64,000 bases of DNA from a virus (IMGVR_UViG_3300037249_000354:557-64556), one strand, 5' to 3'. Shown: positions 9,790 to 19,730, counted from the stretch's first letter. Notes: a model not told the origin generated them from the letters alone. Translations and numbers: made by a program.

Positions 9790-10860
9790 TTACTCAGAGA
9801 GATAAATGTGGCCTACGACATCAGCCGCATCGGAGAAAGCAGAGAAGCTGAAATCAGGAATGGTGAAGTCCTCATTCTTGAAGTTCATCGTCAGCTTCTC
9901 AGAAGTACAGTTGTTCAGCACAACCGTAATGGGATTGCCGTCCAGGGCGGCGTAGAACTCAGCCTCAAAGACAGGCGCAGTACCCATCATTGCGTTTTTC
10001 AGCTCCACGGTCTTGCCAGTAGCCACGGTGTAATCATACTGGTACTGTACTGCCAGTCCTTCGTCAGCAGATGCAAACTTGATGTGAATATTCGAACCTG
10101 CAACAGAGGTGGTCGGCGTGCCAGAAGTGACAACACCAGTGCCAATAACGGTAATCACGGCAGGGGTATTGCCACCGCCTGCGGCAATCTCAGTCAGCGT
10201 GAAAGTAGTATTCGTGTTGCTTGCCGTGTAAACAGCGTTGATAGAAGCATTGGCGTTGATTGCATTGGTAAGGTTAGCGATAGAATCGCTAATCGTGGAA
10301 CCAACGACAAACTCATCTGCGCCAGCCACGGAGCTTACTGCTGTGAGGGTCTGGCCTTCAACATCAACGGTATCGCCAGCGACAAAATTCGTGGTTACAG
10401 TGTAAGTTCTCTCACCTGCCACGGGTGCATTGCCATCATCGACAAAATAAGTGCCCGCCACAGTAGGCGTAGTCTGAACTTCAACCATAGGCACCTTGGT
10501 AGTACCACTTACATCGTACACCTTGAGCACCTGATTGAGGGCTGCATTGGTCGGCAGGTCAATGGGAACCTCGCCATTGGAAGGTACGGTAGCATTGAAG
10601 GGTTCAGCTACCTTCAGTTCGCCGTTGCTGATAGAACCATTCAGCACGACATTCAATGCCTCTGCTTTAATATCTGCGTAAGTTGCCTTGCAGTCAACCT
10701 TGCCCTTTGCCCTTGCAATCTTCACAGGGAACTGCTGTCTGCCGTAGAGTTCCTTCTTGTCAAAGGAGAAGTCCACGTTGCAGTCCTGAAGTGTGCCGAA
10801 CTCAACGCTAGAACCATCAGGGAACTTGGCGAACAAAGCACCAACACCAAACTGGTACAT
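9790..10860 (-). CDS. major tail (tube) protein with internal inserted domain
   Basis: MYQFGVGALF...FGTLQDCNVDFSFDKKELYG N-terminus and KNEDFTIPDFSFSAF C-terminus; position before the chaperones. Confidence 0.8.
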   Translation of the reverse strand: MYQFGVGALFAKFPDGSSVEFGTLQDCNVDFSFDKKELYGRQQFPVKIARAKGKVDCKATYADIKAEALNVVLNGSISNGELKVAEPFNATVPSNGEVPIDLPTNAALNQVLKVYDVSGTTKVPMVEVQTTPTVAGTYFVDDGNAPVAGERTYTVTTNFVAGDTVDVEGQTLTAVSSVAGADEFVVGSTISDSIANLTNAINANASINAVYTASNTNTTFTLTEIAAGGGNTPAVITVIGTGVVTSGTPTTSVAGSNIHIKFASADEGLAVQYQYDYTVATGKTVELKNAMMGTAPVFEAEFYAALDGNPITVVLNNCTSEKLTMNFKNEDFTIPDFSFSAFSDAADVVGHIYLSE

Positions 10861-10867
10861 AATTTAT

Positions 10868-11347
10868 TCACTCCTTTTCAAACATCATCATAGAATCATA
10901 AATGATTCTCCAATCGGTCATAAAAAAATAGGTTCTCGACTGCGCTTCATAGCAAGGGCAACGAGAATCTACCATGCGACACATATCAATTTCTTTCATC
11001 TGAGAACCTAGCACTCTATCCTCACTGAGAGTAGAGATTACTGCGTTCATCAGATAGGCGCAATCGTCAACCACATCGGAGCCATCTTCATCATCGGTTT
11101 GCTTTAGCCAGCCGTGAATGAAATAATGCCCTTCTTCGTGGCCTGTACGATTTTTCAGCCTTATGCCATAGTCCCTGTAAATGGTTATGCAGGGATATGT
11201 GGCATTGTCTGGATAATCAAGGTAGCGTGGAGAAATTATCGGTTCTCCATCTACCCATTTATCCCAATCAGCTATTGCAGGGTTTGCCAAAAGTTTGCTT
11301 CTGATAAGGGCAATGATAGGGTCATAGTTTAAGAGCTTTCTAGCCAC
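10868..11347 (-). CDS. tail terminator/completion protein
   Basis: 159 aa, YPCITI motif, canonical neck-module position. Confidence 0.6.
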   Translation of the reverse strand: MARKLLNYDPIIALIRSKLLANPAIADWDKWVDGEPIISPRYLDYPDNATYPCITIYRDYGIRLKNRTGHEEGHYFIHGWLKQTDDEDGSDVVDDCAYLMNAVISTLSEDRVLGSQMKEIDMCRMVDSRCPCYEAQSRTYFFMTDWRIIYDSMMMFEKE

Positions 11348-11804
11348 CTAAACCACCTCCCAAAATCGTTTTGACTGCCTCTTTGCTTTCGTTGAATCCT
11401 CGCTGAATAAATGGCCTTGGCCTTACCTTGGGCGCACCGTTCATCAATTCATCAATATGAGGCACATTACCCTTTCTTACACCAACCGCAACCTGCGCTT
11501 TGTCCTCGCCAATATCTGTCACCTTCTCGATATTTCGATAAAGTGTACCAGATTGGATATGCACCAAAGAATCGTCCTTATGTCCACCACTAGGAAAATA
11601 ATCGGTGCTATATCGTGTAGAATATGGCGAACCCAAAGCTGTCAGCAACCATTGCGGATGGTCAGTCAAACTGGCACGTTGTTTGATTGCGTTATGCACA
11701 ACATCACCTGCCATTTCAACCCGTTTATTCATCTTGGCTATTTCCCTGCCCATTGCTTTATTGAGATTGGCAGTAATTTGAGATAATCCTTCAACGTGGC
11801 TCAT
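11340..11804 (-). CDS. HK97 gp10-like tail-completion/neck protein
   Basis: VHIQSGTLYRNI and PRPFIQRGF motifs; position. Confidence 0.7.
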   Translation of the reverse strand: MSHVEGLSQITANLNKAMGREIAKMNKRVEMAGDVVHNAIKQRASLTDHPQWLLTALGSPYSTRYSTDYFPSGGHKDDSLVHIQSGTLYRNIEKVTDIGEDKAQVAVGVRKGNVPHIDELMNGAPKVRPRPFIQRGFNESKEAVKTILGGGLGG

Positions 11805-11805
11805 A

Positions 11806-12138
11806 TCAAATCACCGTCCCACTCTGCATTTTCACCTCGATATGAGGAAGAATACGATAATAGTTACAGTCAAGCACCTTATGCTTGATGCCTGTAGCCT
11901 CATCAATCACAATATCGTTAGCCTTTATATCTGTACTCAGCTCCACGAACATTGTGTGATAACTTATAGCCGTTTGCCCTTCTTGTGGCACAACGACAAC
12001 GCCATCATCATCTTCTATGTAGCAAGGTAAGTGTTCAGCAATGGTTTTGCGTACCATCTTTGTCGCACCAGTAGGGCTTTTGTCGCCCTTCTCTGTGCGC
12101 TGAATGGTACACCTATCTTTGAGAAGCATCATAGCCAT
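11806..12138 (-). CDS. head closure (stopper) protein
   Basis: 110 aa; DRCTIQR...DIKANDIVID pattern; position. Confidence 0.6.
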   Translation of the reverse strand: MAMMLLKDRCTIQRTEKGDKSPTGATKMVRKTIAEHLPCYIEDDDGVVVVPQEGQTAISYHTMFVELSTDIKANDIVIDEATGIKHKVLDCNYYRILPHIEVKMQSGTVI

Positions 12139-12752
12139 GCACCCCTAACTCTGACATAGCCACCACCGTCAAGCAGTGCCGCCGCATTAGCAGGAACGCC
12201 TTGGCTGTTAAGCATTGCATTTGCTGAGAGTGTGCCACGCTCAATTTTGAGTTTGCCTTGCTGTAAGGTCTTTAGGCCACTCATGTTCGTGTCAGCCGTG
12301 ACAAAGTAATCGTCAAGGCTAGGTATCGCCATGAGTGCTGTAGCCTGTACCAAATCAGCAGGATAATCACCATCAGCAAATCCGTAATCGTAATCCAGCA
12401 CCGTGAAATATTCGCCCATTGGTGCGTTGGTAGAACCAACGATAACCGCACCGCTAGGCATATACACAAGGTTTTCAATCGTATACGATATGGGATTCTT
12501 CGGATTGATTGAGAAGAACGTAACACTATTGACTGCCGATACAGTCAGATTTCGTGGGAATATCTTGGCAACACCATCTTTGATACGGATAAGATGCTTT
12601 TCCTTTGCCCCTTCGTGCCTTGTGAAGGACTGGTGGCAATAGGATTCGACTTTTGCGCTCGCTATTTCGCAAATACGCTCCATGTCGGCTTCGTTATCCT
12701 CTGTAATGGTATAGCCAAACTTCTTCAAGTCCTCGACACTACAATAAGCCAT
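12129..12752 (-). CDS. head-tail connector (adaptor) protein
   Basis: MAYCSVEDLK...ASAKVESYC...YDYGF...YPADLVQAT; position after capsid. Confidence 0.7.
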   Translation of the reverse strand: MAYCSVEDLKKFGYTITEDNEADMERICEIASAKVESYCHQSFTRHEGAKEKHLIRIKDGVAKIFPRNLTVSAVNSVTFFSINPKNPISYTIENLVYMPSGAVIVGSTNAPMGEYFTVLDYDYGFADGDYPADLVQATALMAIPSLDDYFVTADTNMSGLKTLQQGKLKIERGTLSANAMLNSQGVPANAAALLDGGGYVRVRGAWL

Positions 12753-12757
12753 GAGAA

Positions 12758-12958
12758 TCACCTTCCCATCAGCCTAATGTGTTCTTTGGCCTTGGCAACG
12801 TGTTCAGGCTTCACCTTTACGATGTTGTTATTAACCTCGTAAATCTCTCCACCAATGAACAACCTGCCTTTTTTCGCAAAATGATGAAGGGTAATAAGTC
12901 CCTCATCTTTCACAACCTCCTTTTCAGGAGTTGCATCTACCTTTTTAGGTCTTGGCAT
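12758..12958 (-). CDS. small hypothetical head-associated protein
   Basis: 66 aa, AAGGAGGG RBS, immediately after the capsid gene. Confidence 0.65.
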   Translation of the reverse strand: MPRPKKVDATPEKEVVKDEGLITLHHFAKKGRLFIGGEIYEVNNNIVKVKPEHVAKAKEHIRLMGR

Positions 12959-13018
12959 ATACTACCCTCCTTCTTTTGCAATGGTAAAGGGCAGGATTAC
13001 CCTGCCCCATTCTCACAA

Positions 13019-14464
13019 TCAAGCAATGCCGGGTTTTACGTTGGTGATGATTGCCTGGCAAGCAGGGAAGTAGTGCTTGAGTGCTTCGTAGGTACGAATC
13101 TCAAACTCATACTGCGGCGTGGTCATTGCGTACTCAATCTGACGGTAGTCATAACCGCACTCCATTTCGAGAACGCTCGGAATGTTGGCATTAGGATAGG
13201 GAACCCTATCGCACATCACAAGCATGGTGCCATTGGGCAACCAAGGATGCACCTCAATGCTTACATTCTCGCCACCGTAAGACTTGTTGACATAACGGCG
13301 AACCATGTAGTTGCCCGTGATATCATTCTTCTCGCCGTTGTTCACGAACAGAGTAGGTGCGCCATTGTTCTTCACGATTGCGGAAGTGATGTCCTTGGCA
13401 AGCTGCTCGGAAACCAGATAGCGAGTTGCACCGTTCTTGAACTGGTTGAACAGGCGGCTGTTGATTTCGTCCAATTCAGCGATACCACCTGCGGCGGCAG
13501 TAAGCTGAGAATTGCCAAGGTCATAATACAGGCCACCGCCGTTGATAATCTGCGGAATGATGCCATCGTATGCCAGAGGGTCACCAGAACCATCAGCAGT
13601 AGGAGCAACCGAACCACCTGCAACGATGTTGGTCAGCAGTACGGCAGAGTTGGTAGTCACCATCTGCAAGGTTTCGTTGCCAGCGGTGCCTGCGAACCAT
13701 GCGTAGGCCATTGCACCACGAACAGGAGTTACGGTAGCAGAGATTGCTTCACCTGCCGATACACTCACGGTAGCGGCGGCAGAAGCGGCAGTCACGCCAT
13801 CATAAGCACCTGCAATCGGCTGATTGTTGCTGTCAGTAGCAGGAATCTCAAGGCCAGTCATGTTGGCAATCTGCATATTCGTGACAACACGGTTAGCAGC
13901 TACAAGGGTCAATGCTGCCACCTTCACGCTGTAGGAACCTGCCGTAATAACGCTATCGCTATCAGTAACCGCACTGGCAGTCGGAGTAGCCACGGTGCCA
14001 AGGCTCTGAGTGTTACCGCCAAGGATAATCTTCTCCTCCTCAGTCATGATGCGGAGCAGAAGGTTGGTAGCGGCGGTTGCCTTAACGTCCTGGAAGTTGC
14101 GCCCTGCGGCCTCGGCCTCGAAGGTCACTGCATCCTGCAAGCTGATGATTTTGAAAGCAGCCAGCTTGTCCTCAACGGTGTACTTCATGCCGTTACCACG
14201 CGCACCTTCAATAGCCGTTGCCTTACCTGCGGCGTTCACCTCAGTAATGGCTTTCCAATGAGTGCTAGTGCCGGTAGTGGAGATTTTACGAGGGATAATG
14301 TTACGCAACGGAGAAGCGAAAGGCACCAACTGCTTGGCAGGTGCGGACAATTCATACCCCATAAGGCCGACTGGTGTCGTAATCGCTTTCTCAAGAACCT
14401 GGGCATCCTTCACGCCCTCAACGGTTTTCTGCAAACTCTCCTGAGTAGTTTCCATGATAGACAT
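13019..14464 (-). CDS. major capsid protein
   Basis: ~480 aa; start MSIM after AAGGAG; VPFASPLRNIIPR and IEVHPWLPNGT motifs; follows protease/scaffold. Confidence 0.8.
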   Translation of the reverse strand: MSIMETTQESLQKTVEGVKDAQVLEKAITTPVGLMGYELSAPAKQLVPFASPLRNIIPRKISTTGTSTHWKAITEVNAAGKATAIEGARGNGMKYTVEDKLAAFKIISLQDAVTFEAEAAGRNFQDVKATAATNLLLRIMTEEEKIILGGNTQSLGTVATPTASAVTDSDSVITAGSYSVKVAALTLVAANRVVTNMQIANMTGLEIPATDSNNQPIAGAYDGVTAASAAATVSVSAGEAISATVTPVRGAMAYAWFAGTAGNETLQMVTTNSAVLLTNIVAGGSVAPTADGSGDPLAYDGIIPQIINGGGLYYDLGNSQLTAAAGGIAELDEINSRLFNQFKNGATRYLVSEQLAKDITSAIVKNNGAPTLFVNNGEKNDITGNYMVRRYVNKSYGGENVSIEVHPWLPNGTMLVMCDRVPYPNANIPSVLEMECGYDYRQIEYAMTTPQYEFEIRTYEALKHYFPACQAIITNVKPGIA

Positions 14465-14480
14465 TTCAAAGTCACTCCTT

Positions 14481-16016
14481 TTATCCAAATACTTTCTTCA
14501 TTTCAAGCTGTGCAAGCTGTTTACTGTACGCCTCTTTCAGAATCGGAGAATCGGCGTTGTCAATCATCTTGCGAAGCATTGCTTCTTCGCTATTGTTGGC
14601 AGGAGGATTGCCCATGCTGCCCCCGATAGTCTTGTCCAATGCCATTGTGCCAGTAGCCACCATTGCACCGCCTGCAACAGGTTCATTCTCCATCTTCTCA
14701 ACTCTCTTGCAAAGTTCGTCATTGGCAGATTTAAGGGCATCGTAACCCTTCTTCAATTCGTCAATAACGCCCATTGCCTTTGAGAGTTCATCAGCAGGAG
14801 CAAACTTCTGCATAGGTTCTGCTTCGGTTTCCACGGCTTTATGTAAATCATTGTCGGCGGTGGCTTTTTCTGCCTTTTCGCCTTCAATGGCTTTAGCGCA
14901 CTTGTCGCAACTGCAATACAAGCCCTTCTCCACCATCTTGTGAAAGAGCTTACCGCACTTCTCCTTGATGGAATCATCGGCCTTATCCATTGCCTTACAG
15001 ACGGCTTCAAAAATATCTTCCTTTTGGCAGTCAGCCTTAGTCATTTCTTCGGCTTCAACGGCTTTATCTGCCTTGCACCAACCTTCGGGAATCATATCTT
15101 CTGCGCCCAATGCGCGTGCGCGTCTGCAAATGAAATCAATGGCGGCTTTCTTATCCTTTGCCTGCCCTGCAAGACGGATAGCGTTCTTCAAATCTTCTTT
15201 GTTTTCGATGGGAAACGAACCGTCAGGCATTGCCTTACCTTCTTCGGCAAGTTTCTTGCGTTCCTCTGCCGTGAAGTCGCGCTTCTTGCACTCCTTGTCG
15301 CAGTCGCAATCATCGTCTTTATCATCATCTTTGATTTCGTCTTTGACTTCTTCTTCCTGCTTAGAGTCAACCTCTACGGAAGTCTTTTCAACCTCTGGCT
15401 TCGGTTCATCCTTCGGTTCAATTTCTACAGCGGTTTTCTCAACCGTTTCAGTCTCCACGGCTTTTTCAACCGCTTCAACCTGCGTTTCTTTTTCGTTGTC
15501 CACTTCTGTTACCTCCTTCTTAAAGGTTTTCGTTTCGGTAGTGCCATCAGCCTTTACATACATGATGGTAGCCGTGGGGACGGCTGGATTGTCAACGATG
15601 GAACACTCATTAGGAATGGCTGTGTAGTGAGTTACACCTGCTTCATCCTGCCATCGTTTACCATAACTGCCACCCACGCTTACGCCCGTGTAATAACCCT
15701 CCTTGATTTCCTCAAAGAGTTTATCATCACTTACCTTAATGCAAATATCAATGGCTTTATCTACGTCATTGAATACAAGCGGTTCAGCGATTTTACCACC
15801 TACACGCTTGCTATCATGCTGGACACGAATGTTTCCGTAAGACTTGCCCTTCGTTCTGGTGGCAAAATCATTACTCCACTTCTCAAAATATGGCTTAGAA
15901 GATTCATAATCCATGATTTCATTAGCCTTATCAAGAACTTCTTGCGTTGCCCTTGCATAGACTAACTTCTGTTCTTCGTCAATCTTAAAAAGCGGTATAT
16001 TCATACTAAAACTCAT
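14481..16016 (-). CDS. prohead protease/scaffold fusion (XkdF-like protease domain, acidic scaffold)
   Basis: KIDEEQKLVYARAT...YTGVSVGG...ECSIVDNPAVPTA protease motifs; long acidic/coiled-coil C-terminus. Confidence 0.75.
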   Translation of the reverse strand: MSFSMNIPLFKIDEEQKLVYARATQEVLDKANEIMDYESSKPYFEKWSNDFATRTKGKSYGNIRVQHDSKRVGGKIAEPLVFNDVDKAIDICIKVSDDKLFEEIKEGYYTGVSVGGSYGKRWQDEAGVTHYTAIPNECSIVDNPAVPTATIMYVKADGTTETKTFKKEVTEVDNEKETQVEAVEKAVETETVEKTAVEIEPKDEPKPEVEKTSVEVDSKQEEEVKDEIKDDDKDDDCDCDKECKKRDFTAEERKKLAEEGKAMPDGSFPIENKEDLKNAIRLAGQAKDKKAAIDFICRRARALGAEDMIPEGWCKADKAVEAEEMTKADCQKEDIFEAVCKAMDKADDSIKEKCGKLFHKMVEKGLYCSCDKCAKAIEGEKAEKATADNDLHKAVETEAEPMQKFAPADELSKAMGVIDELKKGYDALKSANDELCKRVEKMENEPVAGGAMVATGTMALDKTIGGSMGNPPANNSEEAMLRKMIDNADSPILKEAYSKQLAQLEMKKVFG

Positions 16017-16041
16017 GTTTTCACCACCTTTCGAGAATTAT

Positions 16042-16088
16042 AAAAAGCATGGGTGGTAGGAACTTACCCTACCTTGCTTCGCCCATGC
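16042..16088 (-). terminator. hairpin with T-tail between DUF2513-like gene and protease
   Basis: GCATGGG/CCCATGC outer stem and GGTAGG/CCTACC inner stem, followed by TTTTT on the minus strand. Confidence 0.55.
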
Positions 16089-16091
16089 TAA

Positions 16092-16448
16092 TCAGCCTAG
16101 CAAAATCTTCTTCAATTCTTCGGCGGCTACTGCCTTGATAATCTCAAAACTGGCACCACCAACAACGGATAGCCTATTCTTGACATTGCGCCACACCTTT
16201 GCGCTTCTCACGCTATCAAGATAATCATATCCTGCACCCGTAATGCGCTTTACTTCATACGAACCGTTAGGCAGTTTTTGCAAATCTACCAATCCAGAAT
16301 CAGCAAGCAATTCAAGGTGCAAGGCAATCATTGAAGGATTGTCGCACAAGTCTAGGAATGTATCGGCTTTAACTGTTTTAGGTGGCACATCAGAATCAGC
16401 TTCAATCAACAAAAGCATATCTCTCAGCAAATCCATGTCACGCTTCAT
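16092..16448 (-). CDS. DUF2513-like protein
   Basis: MKRDMDLLRDMLLLIE...ITGAGYDYLDSVRSAKVW family pattern. Confidence 0.75.
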   Translation of the reverse strand: MKRDMDLLRDMLLLIEADSDVPPKTVKADTFLDLCDNPSMIALHLELLADSGLVDLQKLPNGSYEVKRITGAGYDYLDSVRSAKVWRNVKNRLSVVGGASFEIIKAVAAEELKKILLG

Positions 16449-18937
16449 TTTTCGTCAAAGCCTCCGTATTCATCTAAGAACTCCTGGTTGATGGGGTGAA
16501 ATGCCCTGACACAGTTAGGATGCTGTAATGGGTTTGCCCTAGCATATTCAATGCTCCATACGGAACCATTTGCCGCCGCACAATCCGCATCGTACCTAAT
16601 ACCATCTGTCACGAACATTCCCACCACCTTATCCGATTTCTCAGCCATCTGGGTAACAACTTCATTTTGCAATGCGTGAAACTCAGTATTTGCGATTATC
16701 TTCGCCCTGCTCTCAGATAAAGCGTAATTCTCAGAAAGTCCCGTTTGTATATCAGCCACCGATTCAGCTTCAGCAAACATATTGCCTAGCTTTTCTTCGG
16801 TGACACGATTTATTTCTTCATTGAGGAAATCCATACGTTCAGCAATGTAATCATCAGCGATTTTCTTTCTCTCGCCTTTGGTTATCTTGCCACCCAAACG
16901 CTTGATTTCTTCGCTTGCCTGTCCAATGGCAATATCAGCGTAGTATTTGAGCGTATTACGCAATATATCATCAATTCTCTTTCTGTAGTTCAAGTCCCCC
17001 AAGAGTAGGAGTAATAGCAGGTACTTCTTAGCACTTCCGCTAGTCTCCATATCTTCTTCACTTAAACCGTCAAGATTGTCGATTATTTCTTGCTGAATAT
17101 CGTCAAACACTGCCTGTATTTCGGCTTCTGCGTGTTCTTTTGCCATTGAAACCTTAGCTTCATACAAGGCGGAATCAAATATATCGTCAATATCGTTAAT
17201 GCTATCAGCCTTTTCAAGCCTTGCGTAAATGCCATCACGCATTGCATCAGAGATTACTTCTGTTTCAAACTTTCGGCTACCTCTGCTCTTTTTTTTTAAG
17301 CGGTTAATGACATATCGCCGGAAATCCCGCATTTCGCTCTCAAGGGCTTTCTCAGCCCCTTTCTTATCCTCTGTGGGTGTTTCCTTGCCTTTGGCTTCTC
17401 TGGCTTCTCCTGCGCCCTCCTGTGGCTTCTCAGAGGCTCTTGCTTCACGAATTTTATTCTCCATGTCAGATTGATTGCCAGCCTGGACATTGCCATACTG
17501 CAAGGCTTCAATCTGCGCTTGAGTTTTAGCCTTGATGTATTCTTCGGTGAGAAGGATAACGTCATTGCCAACCTTCACCATAGGTGGCGTACCTTCTTCC
17601 ATGCCCGTAATAGGTGGCATACCTCTCTGACTACGCACTTCATCAATCGTCAAGATGCCAGACTGGACAAACTCAACATCACGCTTGATGGACATTGCCG
17701 CATCCTCACGCTTCTCACCAATGTAGGTGAATTTCAAGTGAGGATAGCCAAGGTCATTCTGGATAATATCTGTAAGCCACTCATTCAAGAAATTCTCAAG
17801 CGGTGCCAAGCCCAACTCTGTCTGTTGTTCGTCCTGCAACTGCCCCGTACTGCGGTTCATCATCATAATGAACTGCTGCGGATTCACGCCAAAAGCTATT
17901 GCAACGATACGGGCAATCCATTCATCGTACTGAACATCAAATTGGTGCTCTTTCGTGGCTGTGTACTTGCCTTTGGGCAAAAACTTCAGCTTCATGCGCT
18001 CTTTCAAACGCCCACTCATCAAATCGTTGTACATCGTGGCGAACTGCTCAATCTGGTCTGGTGTCATATCCTCCTTATCAAAGGTGAAGATGCCACCATC
18101 AGGCGTTGTGCCATCGGTGTAGTATGAAAGATTGAAGTTGTCCCGGCGAAGGGCAATGTTTATCTTCATCAGGATATTTTCAATCGGTGAAGTGCCGTAC
18201 CTTGAAAAAGAACGTGGATAACGTGGCCTGTAGGAGATTTCATCGACTGTGAAGCCAAGGGTTTTGGTAACAGGTTTATCAGAAGAACCATACGGCATAC
18301 CCCACACGATTTGTTGATATGCTGCATACGGTGGCATTGGTACGCGCCCATACTCGTCAATCAAAGGCTTTATCATGGAGCCATCGACATACTCCAATGA
18401 GTATAGCTTGCCACCTCTGGTACGCCGCTTGAACATACAAGCCGCATCAATCGACAGGCAATCATACAGGATAGGCTTCAGCCAATCGTTGAACAGATGC
18501 ACCTTATCTGGACGGGCAAGGAACTTCTTCACTGCCTTTATATCATCCTCATAGTGTTCTCTGTCATTCTTATCAGCCACAACAATATCCCATTCATCAC
18601 CGCATACCTGGTCAATCATCATTTTGATGCACAATGCGGTAATATCGTGGTTGGCAGCTACATCACGGAGAACATTGAAGGGTAGCAATGCACCCTCTCT
18701 CTCCGTTCTCGGCGTGATAACAAGGTTACTGCCTACCTGATACTGATACTGCCAAGGATTGAATCCCTGATGTTGCGGTGTCAGCGGATTGGAGGGAGAA
18801 TATTGTCCACCTTGATTGTAAACAGTTTGTTCACCGCTTACAGTTGCTCCCTGTTGCGTGGCAAGAGTTTGTGCCTTATCAGCCACGCTAAACTGATTCG
18901 CAATGGCCTTTTTCAGCAAACTGTTAAAAACTCCCAT
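16445..18937 (-). CDS. portal protein fused to a MuF/gp7-like head morphogenesis domain
   Basis: Portal motifs (SRYGTSPIE, LAPLENFL, GILTIDEVRSQRGMPP) plus C-terminal C...PLQHPNCVR; start MGVF after AAGGAGG. Confidence 0.85.
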   Translation of the reverse strand: MGVFNSLLKKAIANQFSVADKAQTLATQQGATVSGEQTVYNQGGQYSPSNPLTPQHQGFNPWQYQYQVGSNLVITPRTEREGALLPFNVLRDVAANHDITALCIKMMIDQVCGDEWDIVVADKNDREHYEDDIKAVKKFLARPDKVHLFNDWLKPILYDCLSIDAACMFKRRTRGGKLYSLEYVDGSMIKPLIDEYGRVPMPPYAAYQQIVWGMPYGSSDKPVTKTLGFTVDEISYRPRYPRSFSRYGTSPIENILMKINIALRRDNFNLSYYTDGTTPDGGIFTFDKEDMTPDQIEQFATMYNDLMSGRLKERMKLKFLPKGKYTATKEHQFDVQYDEWIARIVAIAFGVNPQQFIMMMNRSTGQLQDEQQTELGLAPLENFLNEWLTDIIQNDLGYPHLKFTYIGEKREDAAMSIKRDVEFVQSGILTIDEVRSQRGMPPITGMEEGTPPMVKVGNDVILLTEEYIKAKTQAQIEALQYGNVQAGNQSDMENKIREARASEKPQEGAGEAREAKGKETPTEDKKGAEKALESEMRDFRRYVINRLKKKSRGSRKFETEVISDAMRDGIYARLEKADSINDIDDIFDSALYEAKVSMAKEHAEAEIQAVFDDIQQEIIDNLDGLSEEDMETSGSAKKYLLLLLLLGDLNYRKRIDDILRNTLKYYADIAIGQASEEIKRLGGKITKGERKKIADDYIAERMDFLNEEINRVTEEKLGNMFAEAESVADIQTGLSENYALSESRAKIIANTEFHALQNEVVTQMAEKSDKVVGMFVTDGIRYDADCAAANGSVWSIEYARANPLQHPNCVRAFHPINQEFLDEYGGFDEK

Positions 18938-19010
18938 TATTTTCCTCCTTTCCGCTTTTCTGTAAAACAAAAGGACGTATCGCACCGATACGCCCTCGCA
19001 CACTATTTGA

Positions 19011-19047
19011 TGTTATCAGTATATCACAGAATAAATGGACTTTTAGG
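19011..19047 (-). promoter_or_regulatory. putative late promoter, copy 1 (upstream of portal)
   Basis: CCTAAAAGTCCATTTATTCTGTGATATACTGATAACA; TG-extended -10 TATACT, no consensus -35; directly downstream of the ArpU/RinA-like gene. Confidence 0.55.
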
Positions 19048-19063
19048 TAACATAAAAAGGTTT

Positions 19064-19543
19064 TTACATGGAAAAGCACCCATAGTAGATAGCCAGCCTA
19101 ACCGTCCTATCAACAATCTTAGATTGCCATATGCGTAGTGTCTTTTCACTCACACAGCCATCTGTGCCATATCTCTCATAGTACCACTCATTATAGCGTG
19201 TTCTGGCATAAGGCATCCACGCTGGCCTACCGCCTGTTGACACGGCTTCTTTCTCTGCTTTACGGCGTATCACAAGAAATGCCCTTTGCTTCTCATTGAG
19301 TGTTTCTTCCATCTGCTCGATTGCCATAATCCAGCTTTTGTTGGTTTCCATGTCCGTAAGGCGCATAGCCTTTTGTTGCGTAGGATTGCCCACGCCTGTG
19401 CCATGTGGCATACCGTCAAGGTTCTGAGCACCAAGAAACGACATATTATTCATAGCAAAAGCATATTCTTTCTTGAGGGAATCCAAATGGAGAATCATGT
19501 AAAGTGCTTTTCTATTCTGCTGTCTTACGTCCGTTATCTTCAT
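19064..19543 (-). CDS. ArpU/RinA-like late transcription activator
   Basis: GMPHGTGVGNPTQQKAM motif, C-terminal HTH-like segment, located before the head genes. Confidence 0.7.
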   Translation of the reverse strand: MKITDVRQQNRKALYMILHLDSLKKEYAFAMNNMSFLGAQNLDGMPHGTGVGNPTQQKAMRLTDMETNKSWIMAIEQMEETLNEKQRAFLVIRRKAEKEAVSTGGRPAWMPYARTRYNEWYYERYGTDGCVSEKTLRIWQSKIVDRTVRLAIYYGCFSM

Positions 19544-19730
19544 GTTTCTTCTCCACATACTTATCCCACGCATACAATGCCACAACAGAACCAAGAATCC
19601 AAGCCGCCAACGTGCTCTGATAGATGAGTGTGGCATATCCCAATGCTGATACACTCCAAAACTTCGCCATACGGATAGCCCAATCTATGAGGGAATCCAT
19701 TTCATCTTCTGAGAAGAACCACCTATTCAT
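19512..19730 (-). CDS. small membrane protein (hypothetical)
   Basis: Two hydrophobic segments; GGAGGG RBS. Confidence 0.55.
   Translation of the reverse strand: MNRWFFSEDEMDSLIDWAIRMAKFWSVSALGYATLIYQSTLAAWILGSVVALYAWDKYVEKKHEDNGRKTAE

Noticed and set aside
12779-15965. Long plus-strand ORFs (12779-14629, 14940-15965; also 9808-10893, 206-853)
   Set aside because: They are antisense shadows of the capsid, protease, tail tube and tail fibre genes, with no RBS or recognisable domains.
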